Shown here: piece after piece, positions 29,265 through 48,600 of the stretch | Layout of the letters: the number at the start of each line of letters is the position of its first letter | Numbering within the stretch: the first letter of the stretch is position 1 | Assembly (NCBI RefSeq): GCF_009914755.1 | Contig: NC_060938.1 | Source: the human T2T-CHM13v2.0 reference genome, Homo sapiens | Direction: 5' to 3' (one strand) | Length of the DNA stretch: 64,000 nucleotides | The notes under the pieces: generated by a model | What the model saw: the letters and a program-made list of their open reading frames with translations, nothing else | What the model was told of the DNA's origin: nothing | Database searches by the model: none | Translations under genes and position numbers: made by a program

Positions 29265-29785
29265 TCCATTACTGGGTATATACCCAAAGGAATATAAGCC
29301 ATTCTATTATAAAGATACATGCATGCATATGTTGATTGCAGCACTATTGACAATAACAAAGACATGGAGTCAACCTAATTTCCCATCAATGAGAGACTGG
29401 GATTTAAAAAATGTGGTATATATACACCATAGGATACTATAGAGCCATAAAAAAGCAATGAGATCATGTCCTTTGTAAGGACATGGATGGAGATGGAGGC
29501 CATTATCCTTAGCAAACTAACACAGGAACAGAAAACCAAACACTGCATGTTCTCACTTAAAAGCAAAAGAGAACACATGGACACATAGAGGGGAACAACA
29601 CACACTGGGCCTTTTGGAGGGTGGAGGGTGGGAGGAGGGAGAAAATCAGGAAACAAAACTAATGAGTACTAGGCTTAATACCTGAGTGATGGAATAATCT
29701 GTACAACAAACCCCCATGACATAAGTTCACCTATGAAACAAACCTGCACTTGTACCCCGACCTTAAAATATTTTTGAAAAAAAAA
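29265..29785 (+). mobile_element. L1PA (about PA10-13) 3' end
   Basis: 'ccattactgggtatatacccaaaggaatataa' through 3'UTR to the A-rich tail. Confidence 0.85.
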
Positions 29786-30871
29786 GCATAGTTATTTTCA
29801 TTAACTTTCAATTCAAATTTGGGTTAATAAATTACTTTCAAAATATAATAAAAAGTTAACTAGAAAAACTGGCTTCTTAACTATATTTAGAGACTCCATG
29901 TATCTAAGACTTTCCTTAAATAAGAGAAATCAAATATAAATTTGTCTACTTTTAACTAGTAATCTTTCAGCCAAATTCTCTAAATGACCAAATGTAAACA
30001 AAGTTGTGTGAACTCTTATAAACCCACAAGCATGAACACACACACTTACATTTTTGTGCCCCTAATATGTGAAAGGATTATTATTTTTTAACAAGGCAGA
30101 CAGCCTAGTTTTTATGAGTATATAGATGCATACAGTTACTGTAATTCACTGACATGAGGCATACACTTCTTCACTCTTAAGAGAAATTTCACCTGACAAA
30201 AAAATTACACATAGAACATTTTACTTTAATCTTTCATGTTTTTGTTCATATTTTCTCTCATATATCTCTCCAGAAACAAGTAAGAACATTATTATTCTGC
30301 CAATTCATATGAGTAAAGAATAAATTAAGAAGCCTATATATTTTCCAGCATTCCCTTCACAACAAAACAAAGTTTTCAATCTGATTAAGTTGCATAAAGA
30401 AAGCTTTAAAGTGTACTAAATTATAAAGTTAGATCTACGGTCCATGGACATTAGAATAAATACACATTCTATGACCTGTTTGACATCAAATTCAAAATGC
30501 TCTGCTTTTACCCAAACATCTACTGACCCCTTAGAGGACTCTACCCGGTATTTCCTCACTGTCTCCTAAGTAATATGTATGCTATGTTAACTAGAGCTAA
30601 AAGGTGCCTTAAAGATGTATTCATAGCCATATGTGTATGGTATATTTTAAATTAAATGTTTTTTAAAAAATCATTGAGACACATTGGTACTGGGTCCCTT
30701 GGAATCACTGGACATATTTATATCTATTTCTTATCAACTATTTAAATTATAAGGTTAAATGTAGATACTGACATAACACATAATTTTTTGAATTTTTAAA
30801 CATTTTGACACATTTGTATCAGATTCTCTTTTACCACCAAAGTGGATTATTAGAGATAATAAAGAACCTAA

Positions 30872-31324
<453 letters not shown>

Positions 31325-31329
31325 TAACT

Positions 31330-33110
31330 GAAATCTAGATAAATGCTTTTATCTAAAAATTTATTTTCACTTAATCTTACGTTTAAAATATTTATCTGTT
31401 CAGAAATGTGCCATTCTGCTTCGTTCATTTTAGCAGCTATAGGGTCTTGTATGGATATGCTAAAATGTGATTAAGTCTCCTCTTTTTTGGAGACATTTAT
31501 AATCTTTATAATTGTTTAGCCTAATAAATACGGTTTAGTTGAACATACTTATATATGTTTCTTTGGGTACACACGTGATAATTTCTCTAGGGTATGTACT
31601 TAGAACTGGAAATGCTGAATTATATTTTATCTTTAAATGTAAATGTGTAATATAAATATTTACATTTTAATTTTATTAGAAATTGCCAAATTTCCATACA
31701 AAGTTGTAGATATGCATACTCTTGAGGAGTCCTAATTTTTCCATGACCTTCTTATTGTGATTGCAGGATTTTTAAGTTACCCCCTTAATTTCACTAAATG
31801 CTACTGAGTGTCTCCAGAACGACTTTACCAGTCTACTTGCAATTGCAGAGCAATAGTTCCCATCACTTTATAAAATTTAGCTTTCATCATTTTTCTAAAT
31901 TTTGTTTTGCCGTGTAAATAATACTTTGTTGCTTTAATTTGTTTTATTGTTGTTGTTGTTGTTTGTTGGTTTAGATTACCAGTGAGTTTGGAACCTGTCT
32001 CTCATATCTATTAGCTATTCGAGATTCAGTTCTGTGATTTGTTCTTTCATGACCTTCATCACTTAAAATGTGTTTTCTGTACTTTTCTTGTTATTTGAAT
32101 CCTATAGATCTGCACTGTCCAATATGGTACCTATTATCATATGTGGCCATTTAGATGTTAATTTAAATACATATTTAAAAAGTAAAATTGACATTTTAGT
32201 TCACTAACATTAGCCTCTTTTCAAGTGTTCAGTAGCCATAGAGGCTACTATGAGATAAGACCAATTTAGAACATTCCCATCCTTGTAGAAATTCTTTTTG
32301 ACAAATAATCTTGTCAATTTATTACCTTTTTTTTAATCTACTACTGTTTGTTAATTTTGCCCCTAGTATTCGTCTTTGGATAGAATGTTTATAGTGTCAT
32401 TATTTATTAAAATGTTTCTTTTTATTCATTTTTAAAAGATTTGTTTATAGATGTTCTTCTCTTAACTTAGGTTGCAAAGATATTTTATTCTATTATTATT
32501 CTATTATATTTTTGCATTTTGTTGTTAAATGTTTCTAAATACACATTTGTATACAAGGAAGGTAGCAACCTAACTTTACCTCCTTTTAGTAAACCACTAT
32601 TTCCAACAACATCACCAATTTGATCTTGATCGCTTTGATTGGTCATCATATATCATATATGTCTGTGTGTGTATCTCAGCTAAGATATGTGTACATAATC
32701 ATATATGACCTGTGTTTTCTATTCAGTGCCATTTATATGTCTTCTGTTTTATTATTATATTATTTTTATTACTATCACTTTGTAGGTGATTTAATATTTA
32801 GCTGATATGTTCATCTTTTTCATTATTCTACTCAAAGTTGACATAGCAAAGAATGTATCTTTAAATATGTTCGTTTTACTATAATTTTTTAAAAGGTAGA
32901 TAAATTGTTATTAGTATATACATTTGGGATAATATTGGCATCATTGCCATGCTATGCCATCTCATATACCAGCATGAGCATGAGCATATTCTTCCATTTA
33001 TTCAAATAACAATTTATATCCTCTAACAGAGTTTCAAAAGTTTCTCCTTAATATTCCCCCTTTATTTTCAACTTGCAAATATTATTTTGCTTTAAGTTTG
33101 CCTGTTATAG
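31330..33110 (-). mobile_element. Very old L1ME-type fragments
   Basis: Reverse L1 blocks ('tttctctagggtatgtacttagaactggaaatgctg', 'aattgccaaa', 'cttccatttattcaaat'). Confidence 0.55.
32109..32305 (+). mobile_element. MER3 (hAT-Charlie non-autonomous DNA transposon)
   Basis: 'ctgcactgtccaatatggta...atgtggccattt...ttcaagtgttcagtagcca...tagaacattcccatc...gaaattcttttt' follows the MER3 consensus. Confidence 0.75.
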
Positions 33111-33265
33111 GTAATTAATGGGACTTCTATTTTGCTATAATATAAATATTATTTAATATGAGTTTTATATGTTTACATAAAGATATATAATACAGATATA
33201 CATTTATGATATTCATATATATGTGGCTGTATACACAGCATATAAAATTGTATTTCTATACATAT

Positions 33266-33630
33266 TATATTGTTAATTTCATGTATCCACTTGGCTGTCC
33301 CATGATGCCCAGGTATTTGGTCAAACATTACTCTGGATATTTCCGTGAGGATGTCTTTTGGAGGACATTAACATTTAAATTAATTGACTTTGAATAAAGC
33401 AGACGACTCTCCATAATTTGAGTGGCCCTCATCCAAACAGTTAAAGGCCTTATTAGAACAAAGACTGACCTTCCCTGAGAATCCTGCCTTTACATTCAAA
33501 CCACAGCTCTTCCCTCAGTTGCCAACCTGCAGACCAAGCCCATCAGATTTTGGACTCATGGAGTCTCCACAATCACATGAGCCAGTGAGTCAATTCCTCA
33601 GATATCTCTCTGTGTCCGTCTGTCTGTCTG
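33266..33630 (+). mobile_element. MLT2 (ERVL) LTR
   Basis: 'gttaatttcatgtatccacttggctg...tttggtcaaacattactctgga...ccctcatccaa...agtctccacaatcacatgagcca'. Confidence 0.8.
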
Positions 33631-33814
33631 TCTCTCTTTGTATACACCACATACACATATATAATTTTATGTCAGAACTGTGAGAGTAACTTAAACACAT
33701 GATGCCCTTTTACCCCTTCCTCAGTGTGTATTGCCTAAAACTCTGTAACTTTTTAAATCAGAAAATTTACATTAATATTTTAAATGAATATCTAATCTAT
33801 AGCCCTTATTAAAT

Positions 33815-35025
33815 TGAGAGGTGTCAGCATGCTGGCAGCCCTTGCTCGCTCTCGGTGCCTCCTCGGCCTCGGCGCCCACTCTGGCCGTGCTTGAGGAGCC
33901 CTTCAGCCCGCCTCTGCACTGTGGGAGCCCCTGTCTGGGCTGGCCAATGCCAGAGCTGGCTCCCTCAGCTTGTGGGGAGGTGTGGAGGGAGACGGGGCGG
34001 GGGGAGGGTGGGAGGGAACCGGGGCTGTGCCCTACGCTCGCGGGCCAGAGTGACTTCTGGGTGGGCATGGGCTTGGCGGGCCCTGCACTCAGAGTGGCCA
34101 GCCCGCACCGCCGCCCCGGGCAGTGAGGGGCTTCGCACCTGGGCCAGCAGCTGCAGCAGGTGCTCCAGGTCCCCCAGCAGTGCTGGCCCACCGTTGCTGT
34201 GCTCTAATTCTCGCCAGGCCTCAGCTGCCTCCCCATGGGGCAGGGCTCGGGACCTGCAGCCTGCCATGCCTAAGACTCCCCGAGCCCCCCACACCATTCC
34301 CCCCACTCCCCCCACTCACCCGCTCCCCTGCTCCTGCTCCACGGCACACAGTCCCATCGACCGCCCAAGGGCTGAGGAGTGCGGGCGCACAGCGTGGGAC
34401 TGGCGGGCAGCTCCACCTGCAGCTGGGTGCGGGATCCACTAGGTGAAGCCAGCTGGGCTCCTGAGTCTAGTGGGGACTTGGAGAACCTTTATGTCTAGCT
34501 CAGGGTTTGTAAATACACCAATCAGCACTCTGTGTCTAGCTCAAGATTTGTAAATGCACCAATCAGCATTCTGTACCTAGCTAATCTAGTGGGGACTTGG
34601 AGAACCTTTATGTCTAGCTCAGGGATTGTAAACGCACCAATCAGCACCTTGTCAAAACAGACTAATCGGCTCTGTAAAATGCACCAATTAGCAGGATATG
34701 GGTGGGGCCAGATAAAGGAATAAAAGCATGCTGCCCAAGCCAGCAGTGGCAACCTGCTGGGGTCCCCTTCCACACAGTGGGAGCTTTGTTCTTTTGCTCT
34801 TTGCAATAAATCTTGCTGCTGCTCACTCTTTGGGTCCGCACTGCTTTTATGAGCTGTAACACCGAGAAGGTCTGCAGCTTCACTCCTGAGCCAGAGAGAC
34901 CACGAACCCACCAGAAGGAAGAAACTCCAGACACACTGCCTTTAAGAACTGTAACACTCACCGCAAGGGTCTGCGGCTTCATTCTTGAAGTCAGTGAGAA
35001 AAAGAACCCACCAATTCCGGACACA
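33815..35025 (+). mobile_element. Solo LTR12 (ERV9 LTR, LTR12D-like)
   Basis: Begins TGAGAGGTG and ends CCGGACACA; exact 4-bp TSD 'aaat' (33811-33814 and 35026-35029); repeated 'caccaatcagc' units; 'gataaaggaataaaagc' TATA region; AATAAA at 34805. Confidence 0.95.
34515..34730 (+). promoter_or_regulatory. LTR12 U3 promoter: tandem CCAAT (NF-Y) boxes and TATA-like box
   Basis: 'caccaatcagc' near 34516, 34557 and 34636, 'caccaattagc' near 34682, then 'gataaaggaataaaagc' 34711-34727. Activity not shown by sequence. Confidence 0.7.
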
Positions 35026-38000
35026 AAATGTTGTTGTCAATTACATAAATAAAACCCTTTTAAAAAAGAAAAAATATCTGGTCCAGGTTCACAATTTACA
35101 TTTCATTGCCATATCTCTTTATTATACGTTAATATTCAACAATTCCTCGATTTTTCCTTAACACTTATGACATTGACATTTTTTATAAGTGCAGACAATG
35201 GAATTTGTAGAATCTGTACATTTGAGTTTGTCAGTGTTCCTTCATGATTAGATTCAAACTTTTCATCTGGGGTAGTTTCTGGTGACGTGTTCTTCTCAGG
35301 GGTTTATATCAGGAGTATATGATGTTGATTTGTCCCATTGCTTGTAGTAACAAGTTTGATAACTTCAGTAAGGTGTTTTCTGCCAGGTATCACCCTTAAA
35401 GTTACTATTTTTCCTTTGTAATTCACAAGTGCTATTCAGCTAAATATTTTGAGACTGTATAAATACTATGTTCCTTATAAAAATTGTATTCACTAGTTTT
35501 AGTAGCCATGGATGGTTCCTGCTTGAATTAATTATTAAAATGATGATTTCCAAATGGTTCTTTTCTAATTCCATAATTTGATTTATATTTATCAGTTATT
35601 ACTCTACAAAGAAAGAGTTTTAATTTTATCGTATTTATTTATTTACTCATATATCCATTTATATCTGCATGGACTTTTTCCTGTTTTTCTACAGTTCAGA
35701 ATCTGTTACCAAAATTATTACAATGCTCAAATTGTTCTATATTTGGATAGTAGGTTCCCATTCAAGTTGGCATGTCAAAAGTCTCCCCTTGTTGAACCAA
35801 AGTTACTTAACTGCACAAAAAGACGTTCCAGACTTATTTTGTACTTTCCCCACCCCAGTCCTGAAGTTAGCTATGTCTCTAAGGAATACTAGTTTCTTGC
35901 AGTGGATAATGTTTATTTGAAACCAAGGTTCTGGAACTTGAGATCATTGCTACTGTGATGTCACTTCTTCTAGATCCACTTAGAGGAGAGAGTTAAAAAA
36001 AAATATGAGTGTTTGTATGTGTGTGTGTATATATATGTGTGTGTGTGTATACGCATATTTTTTCCTAATTTATATATATATTTGAATGCATATAAAATAT
36101 ATAAATAAAAGTATAATTTATATATAACCGGTCACCCACATTGATAACTCCAGTTCCAATTCAAGAACACAGGTTTTATTATAACCTCCCTCTTCAACAT
36201 CTGCAATTCCCTTTTCCAGCACTGAAAAAGTGAAACCCTTTATTCACTATACCCTTCCTATTTGCTAAATTCCAGACTACACAAAATGTTATAGAATCTA
36301 CATTCTTGTGATATATAGTCAAAATACTTCAGTCAAAAGTTATTTGGGTTAATTCAACACTATTCTTTTTCAGTGTGGTTATGTTATCCATTTGAAATAC
36401 AATTAGGTTTATTTGATTCTCTTAATTTTTCATTTTAGGGTATTTCTCTTTGTTGAATATATATGTAGCATATATATTCAACAAAGGATATATATATATA
36501 TTTATTTATACACAAAATAACACATATATTATATGTGTGTGTGCCTGTGAAGTATTAATATGGTTTCAAAAGTCAAAATTTCAGCAAAATGTATACTCAT
36601 AGCAAAAACACTACTCTCCTCACAGCAATAACACTACCCTCCTATACTTTTTAAAGCATTCCAGTTCCCAGTCCTTTCCATCCCATTGCCACTTACCACT
36701 CGTAAGCAATCAGTCTCATTATTTTGTGTTTTGTTTTCTGAGTTTTGTTTTGAACAAATGTCCAGATATATGGCTTTCCCCTTTTGTCTTATACTAAACT
36801 AGCTTACTGTAATTATCTTGCTCTTTTTGTTTAACAGTGTTTCCTGGAAATATCAGGTCATGTGAACTTCATACAGGTCATAGAGATCTTCATTCTTCAT
36901 TACAGCTGCATGTATCAAATATTATTTTAAAAATAATATGAAAGATAAATTAAAAAAGAACACACTTCAAATGCTCTCTGGATTTTATTACAAAAACTTG
37001 GTAAATGTTCTTTCCATGTCTAATCACTGTTTCTATCTGCTTCAGCAAGATGGTCTCATACATCTTGTTCTAGTTGCTCAGATCATTCACCTTCTCATTT
37101 CTGCATCTTTGCTTGGTTGGGTTTCAGTTAAAGAGCCTTATACCCTCATCACTTGCTAGCAACTTGGCGGAAGAAAATCAGTCAGTTCTTGTTATTTTTC
37201 ATAGATTAAGTTATGAGTATTTTATATAATTAATTTCTCACTACTCTGGTGGTGAGGCTTTACTCTGTAATTGATTAAAAATACAAACACTGAAAACTGC
37301 TTCCCATCTGTCCCATTCTTTCTTAGGAAGATTGGACAAAGAGAGGTTGGACCACATTCAACTTTCATGCACATAACCTGATCACATCTTATGAAATGTT
37401 TCTTTTACATGTCAAGTCATTGGTAATGATCGTATATGTAGAGATGTCCATATTTTATGGCTTCTTTAAAAGCTTTTGAACATCGTCTTTATATTTTGAT
37501 AATCCTACTAGAGTAACCCTGCCTCGTCAATAAAAAATAATAATGGTAATAAAATATTGTATTTCCCATTCATCCTCATTAGTGAAGTGTAGATATATGA
37601 CAGCTTCATATACCATCAGATATATATACCTGTCAGAGACTTTTATTTCAAAGGGAGCCATGTAAGTGATAAGTCTGAGAGTGCAAATTCATTTTGCTAG
37701 CACCACTAGCAGCCCAAAGCCTGCATAATTGGAGGTTTGGCATTGTCAGTGGCATTTTTGCCTATCATGGCAGAGACAGAGTGAATATGGGGTCAGCAGT
37801 GAGAGGAGCTTTGCAATGAAGTTTGGGGCCATGTTCCATCAGCTTAGGTCTGGTTGTCTAGTACTTTTTAGAATTGCCACCACCCTTAAAATTTCTGCAA
37901 ATTTTTTAAAGATCCCCATTAATCCTTCCTTATAAAACGAGGTATATTAGATTCTGTGGACTGCAAGCAAAAATAATATGGTAAAACAGGGCACAATTTA

Positions 38001-38450
38001 AAAATTTACTTGGTAGTTGTATGCTTCTATTCTCTACATCCCCATTATTAAAGCTATACAAACTACCCCTCGTGAATAAAATAGATTTTTTGTTGTTCCA
38101 GGTGGTTTCCTTGAGGAAAACTGCTATTATATGTTCAGAAGAAGGAACACTGTCATATGGCAAATAATGAGAGTCTCTTGCAACCTAGTTTCCTAAAAAG
38201 TTTTTGAGGGTGTCCTAAAAATGGGAACACTTACACTTTTGTGTACACTTGAAATGTTTTTGCAACAATGAGCATATTGTACTTTACTGTTCATAAAATG
38301 GATATAGAGACATGGTGTGAAACAGAGGCTTAAAGACATTGTCTTTTGTAACAGAACAATGAAGAGTCTAATACATGGCTTCTTATTTGTCCTCTGACAG
38401 GAAACATTACTTTGGAGCATTGTGTTCTTCAAATTAAGGTAGTTACAAAA

Positions 38451-44645
<6,195 letters not shown>

Positions 44646-45279
44646 AGTTACAAAAACAATGCTTATAATAATTCAATTATCAATCAAATAATTCAACTGT
44701 ATAAATAGTAATTATTATATTAATAAATAAATTTCTATTCATTCTATGTAAATACATAAGAAAGGAAGTATATTGTAAGTTTAACCCCATGCCTAGTATA
44801 TAGGAAACTATCTATGAACTGGCTATTTTTATTATCACTAGTCTATAAGCTTCTGGGGGGCTAGGAGTGTGTTCCTGTATTTATATCCCTATAATTAGCC
44901 AAATGCCTAACATATAGTGTAGCTCAACTATTGTTCCCTTTAAGAGATAGGCTATTAATTACTGAGCAAGTGAATGAAACTAATGAATGCTTGAAGCATC
45001 AGAGAAGTGGTTTGGCTTATATTTGCAATGTCATAATTAAGCTCCAAACCCGCACATGCCTTTCTTCATAAGGTTCATTGTCTGTTTCATTACACCTCTC
45101 TTATGCCCTTTCTACCTTTCTATAGGTTTACCCGTATATCTTCCTCTCCTCATTATAACCCACCTCAACCACTGCTTTTATATCACCTAGTGATAGAGGT
45201 GGCATTTATCTTACCAGAGGATAGTCCTAAGGGCCCACCTCAGCATCCTTTTCTCCCCTTGTGCCCCTACATTAAGCTT

Positions 45280-45699
45280 AATCTCATTACTTTACAACCA
45301 GGAATCAAAATTAAATGGTCCCACAGCCAGCTGAGACAAAATAAAGAAGAAAGCAGGACACTAGCTCCAAAACCTCTCCAATCACCCTAGTGAAATTAAC
45401 TTCATCTGTCACATTTAAACTATCATTGATTACGTAATATACTCTGTGGCCCTGAAGCATTATTCCCTCAGCAGACAGAATCACCGTTAGAATCATCTAT
45501 AGAGGATTCCCAGAGTTTTCCAGCACTTATTAGGCACTACCTAATTCTAAGAGAGACGGTATTAGGAACTCCCCTGATTGGAGTCTAGATACTTTAGTGA
45601 CTTGTTTCTTCTATGGAACTATAAGTTGAGAAGGTGCATGCCCTTCTCGATATTGTCCCCTCTGAACCCATGGCCCTGACTTCTTCTGAACTGGTAAGC
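45280..45699 (+). promoter_or_regulatory. Candidate OR4K17 promoter and non-coding first exon
   Basis: Non-repeat DNA with O/E-like TTCCCAGAG (45507-45515), several TAAT homeodomain-like cores, and splice donor CTG|GTAAGC at 45693/45694, about 6.6 kb upstream of the CDS. Confidence 0.5.
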
Positions 45700-48600
45700 A
45701 GAAGACATTGCTGACATTATAAAGCCAATGTATTTGCCTGTCACAGTTCACACAAGATAGCAATTGTTAAATGAACTTGTTATAATCAGTCATGAAAAAG
45801 CATAGTCTCAGGTTTGAGAAAATGCTCAAGACATTCTGGAAAATGTACCAAAAAGAAAATTAAACTCAGACTTACGAAGACTAAATGATATGATATATGT
45901 GAAGTTCCTAGTACAGAGTCCAGCAAACAGCAGAACCTCAATAAATGATTGAATTTATTATCATTTGGAAAATGACACTGAGGCTTAAGTATATGCTAGG
46001 AACTTTACCAGGTGTTAAGATGGCAAACTAAAATAGTTCACAAACTTGGGAGGAAGACAGAAGTATATATAAATAACTATATTATAGGTTATAAGGGTAG
46101 TACTATGAGGGTACAGAGGAGAGAATCATCGACTGAGTCAGTTTCTTAGGAAAGTTTCCACTGAGAATGTATTGATTTGGACATTAACAGTGAACAGAAC
46201 GAGTCAGAAAACAAGAGTATTCATGATTTGGTTGTATGTATTTCTTCTTGGCATGGACTTACATTTCCTGAAACTATCTTTCTAGAGGCTCTTGCAGAGA
46301 GAACTAGGCTGCTCCTAAATTAAAGTCATTAAAATGACCACATCTCAAAAACCCTTGCTAATTTAAGAGCATGTAAGCATTTTTATCCCCAGTCATCAGC
46401 TCTATTTGGAGTTTTGCTTTGGTGTTATTGTCGTTAATTAGGCTTCTACAATTTCCAGGAAAGAAATTGCTACAACTAAAACTGCTATATTTGAGTTCTT
46501 GCTAAAAGGCTGAGATGAATAAAGAAGAGCTTAGAAACTATAAGTATATGCCAAACAAAAAAGTAGAGAACTGTCCTATACACCTGTTAAGAGCCCATAT
46601 ACAGCCAGAAATTAGAAGATTACTAGGATTCAGCTTTACTCCAATGACCCATCCATAATCACCTCCAATTCTATGTGCCTTAGCTACTTTTTTGTGTGTG
46701 ATTTGCTCAGCAGCCACATCCAGTTTCTTCCTGCAGTGGAAAGAGCAATCCAAGATCCACTTTCTCTTCATGGTAAATCGGCTTGGAGAACAAATGAAAT
46801 AAATGGAGTCCTGGAGGGCTGGATAGGTCAAAGTCAGGAAAAGAAGTTTGGAACTTGTCATTTATTCAGAGGAGTAAGGAAAACAGTGGGAGGTAAGGTG
46901 TCATAAAAAGAGACATAATATTTTGTTGGGGAGATGAGAGGAGGGGAAATCCCAGTGAGAAAGGGAACTGAGGAATGAAAGCTGACAGTGAATTTCAGAA
47001 ATTAAATATTAGTTTCTCGCTAGAGCATATAATATTAAGATTTAAGCAGCTCCAGGGTCATCTAAATTGGCCAGAATCTGACAGCACAGTCAATATCTTG
47101 GCCTCACACAGATATCCAGGAAAGACATTTGATCAGGGAAGTAGACTCCTCCTTAACAAGGAAAGGGTACATCGATTAATCTCTCTGCTTTGGAAAACTC
47201 ATTTCTGTCCCGCAGTTAACAGAGGACTGAGACACATTCAAAAGGCAGGTAAGCAAAATGGAGTCAGTGTTCCATCCCTGTTACTAATCAGCACAAAGTG
47301 GGTGTTCAGAGTCACATGGTGATGATAGGTTTGGAAACCAGGAAAGCCCCAGTGCTGCAAGATAACACAAACTAGTTAGGTGAAGCCACAGTACCCAGAC
47401 TGGCAACTAAAGTAAATGTGGTGGTCAGTGACCTAAATTCAAAGAAGACCAGAGCACCAGCTCAAGTCCTTGAACCTGATATACATGTTTTCCTCAGAGA
47501 AGGTTTACAATACATCTGTCGAGGTGAGACACGGCAGGCAGGAGTAAGTGAGTTTGTTGTTCCGGAGTGAGAATTATATAAAAATCGAGAGGCAAAATCA
47601 TGTTAGATTTTTCCCTGAATTTCAAATTATTTCAGATAATATACAAATGTATGCAAATTTCTAAGGCCATGGCTGAAAATATGAATCCTGTGAAATAATG
47701 ATGAAAAATAATTAAACTTGTATTATGCAAAATGCTGTAGGCATCCAAGTGTTCTCAATTGCTGCCCAATAGTAATCTGGTAAACTATGAAGATCAGATC
47801 ACTATTAAAGTCTATTTTTGACACAGCTATTGATACAATTTGTCATAGTGAAGGCTAAGGTACTATGTTTTAGAGTAGAACATAACTTGTGAGTAAGGAG
47901 GAATGAAATATGGCATTACAGCAATCCCATGCCAAAAAAAATTATGTTTTAATTAGGTCATGCAATAATTTGCCTCAGGGCAGCAGACAGTTCTACTCAA
48001 ATAGCAACAAAATATGAAAAATAAATCAATGTCTAAGTGTGATAATAGTGCAATTAATTCAATCATCCAACATTTTCTTTTTTATACATATTTACCTATT
48101 TATTCTAATAATTGTATTATCAACAATTATAGTTATTCAAAAACTTGCAGTGATAAGGCTAAAGTTCAGCCTTACTCTGGGGTCATGGACCCTTAATTTG
48201 GTGTCATGAAGTCCTGAATTTGAATCCCATGATTTTATCTGTGTGAATTTTAGCCAGTTAGTAGTAAGAATAGTAGCAATAACTCACATTTATTGTGTGC
48301 CAACTATATGCTAGATGCTGTACTATGTGCTTTTTACACACTATTTTAATTTAAATACTCAATTTGTCTAAGTTGTATTATTTGTTAATTTCTGTGATAT
48401 AACATACATACTTATAAGAGTTTCTAACATAAAAAGTAATGACCAGTGGACTATAATGGTACAGAAAACCTTGAGTACAGTTTTCTTCTCATTGCCTAAC
48501 ATTGTCTTCCAGCCAACCCTGCTTGGAGTGACTATATCATAATGGCCTTCCTTCAGTTCCTTTATACTTTGTGTTGCTCCATTAATAGGCTGTGAATAGA

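Noticed and set aside
34460-34700. Regular direct repeats in LTR12 (and the ~90-bp repeats at 54169-54338) as a CRISPR-like array
   Set aside because: They are the known internal tandem units of LTR12 and MER11 LTRs; there are no unique spacers or cas genes and the context is mammalian.
33772-35052. Cluster of overlapping 100-195 aa ORFs
   Set aside because: All lie inside the GC-rich LTR12, where stops are rare; no recognisable protein motifs.
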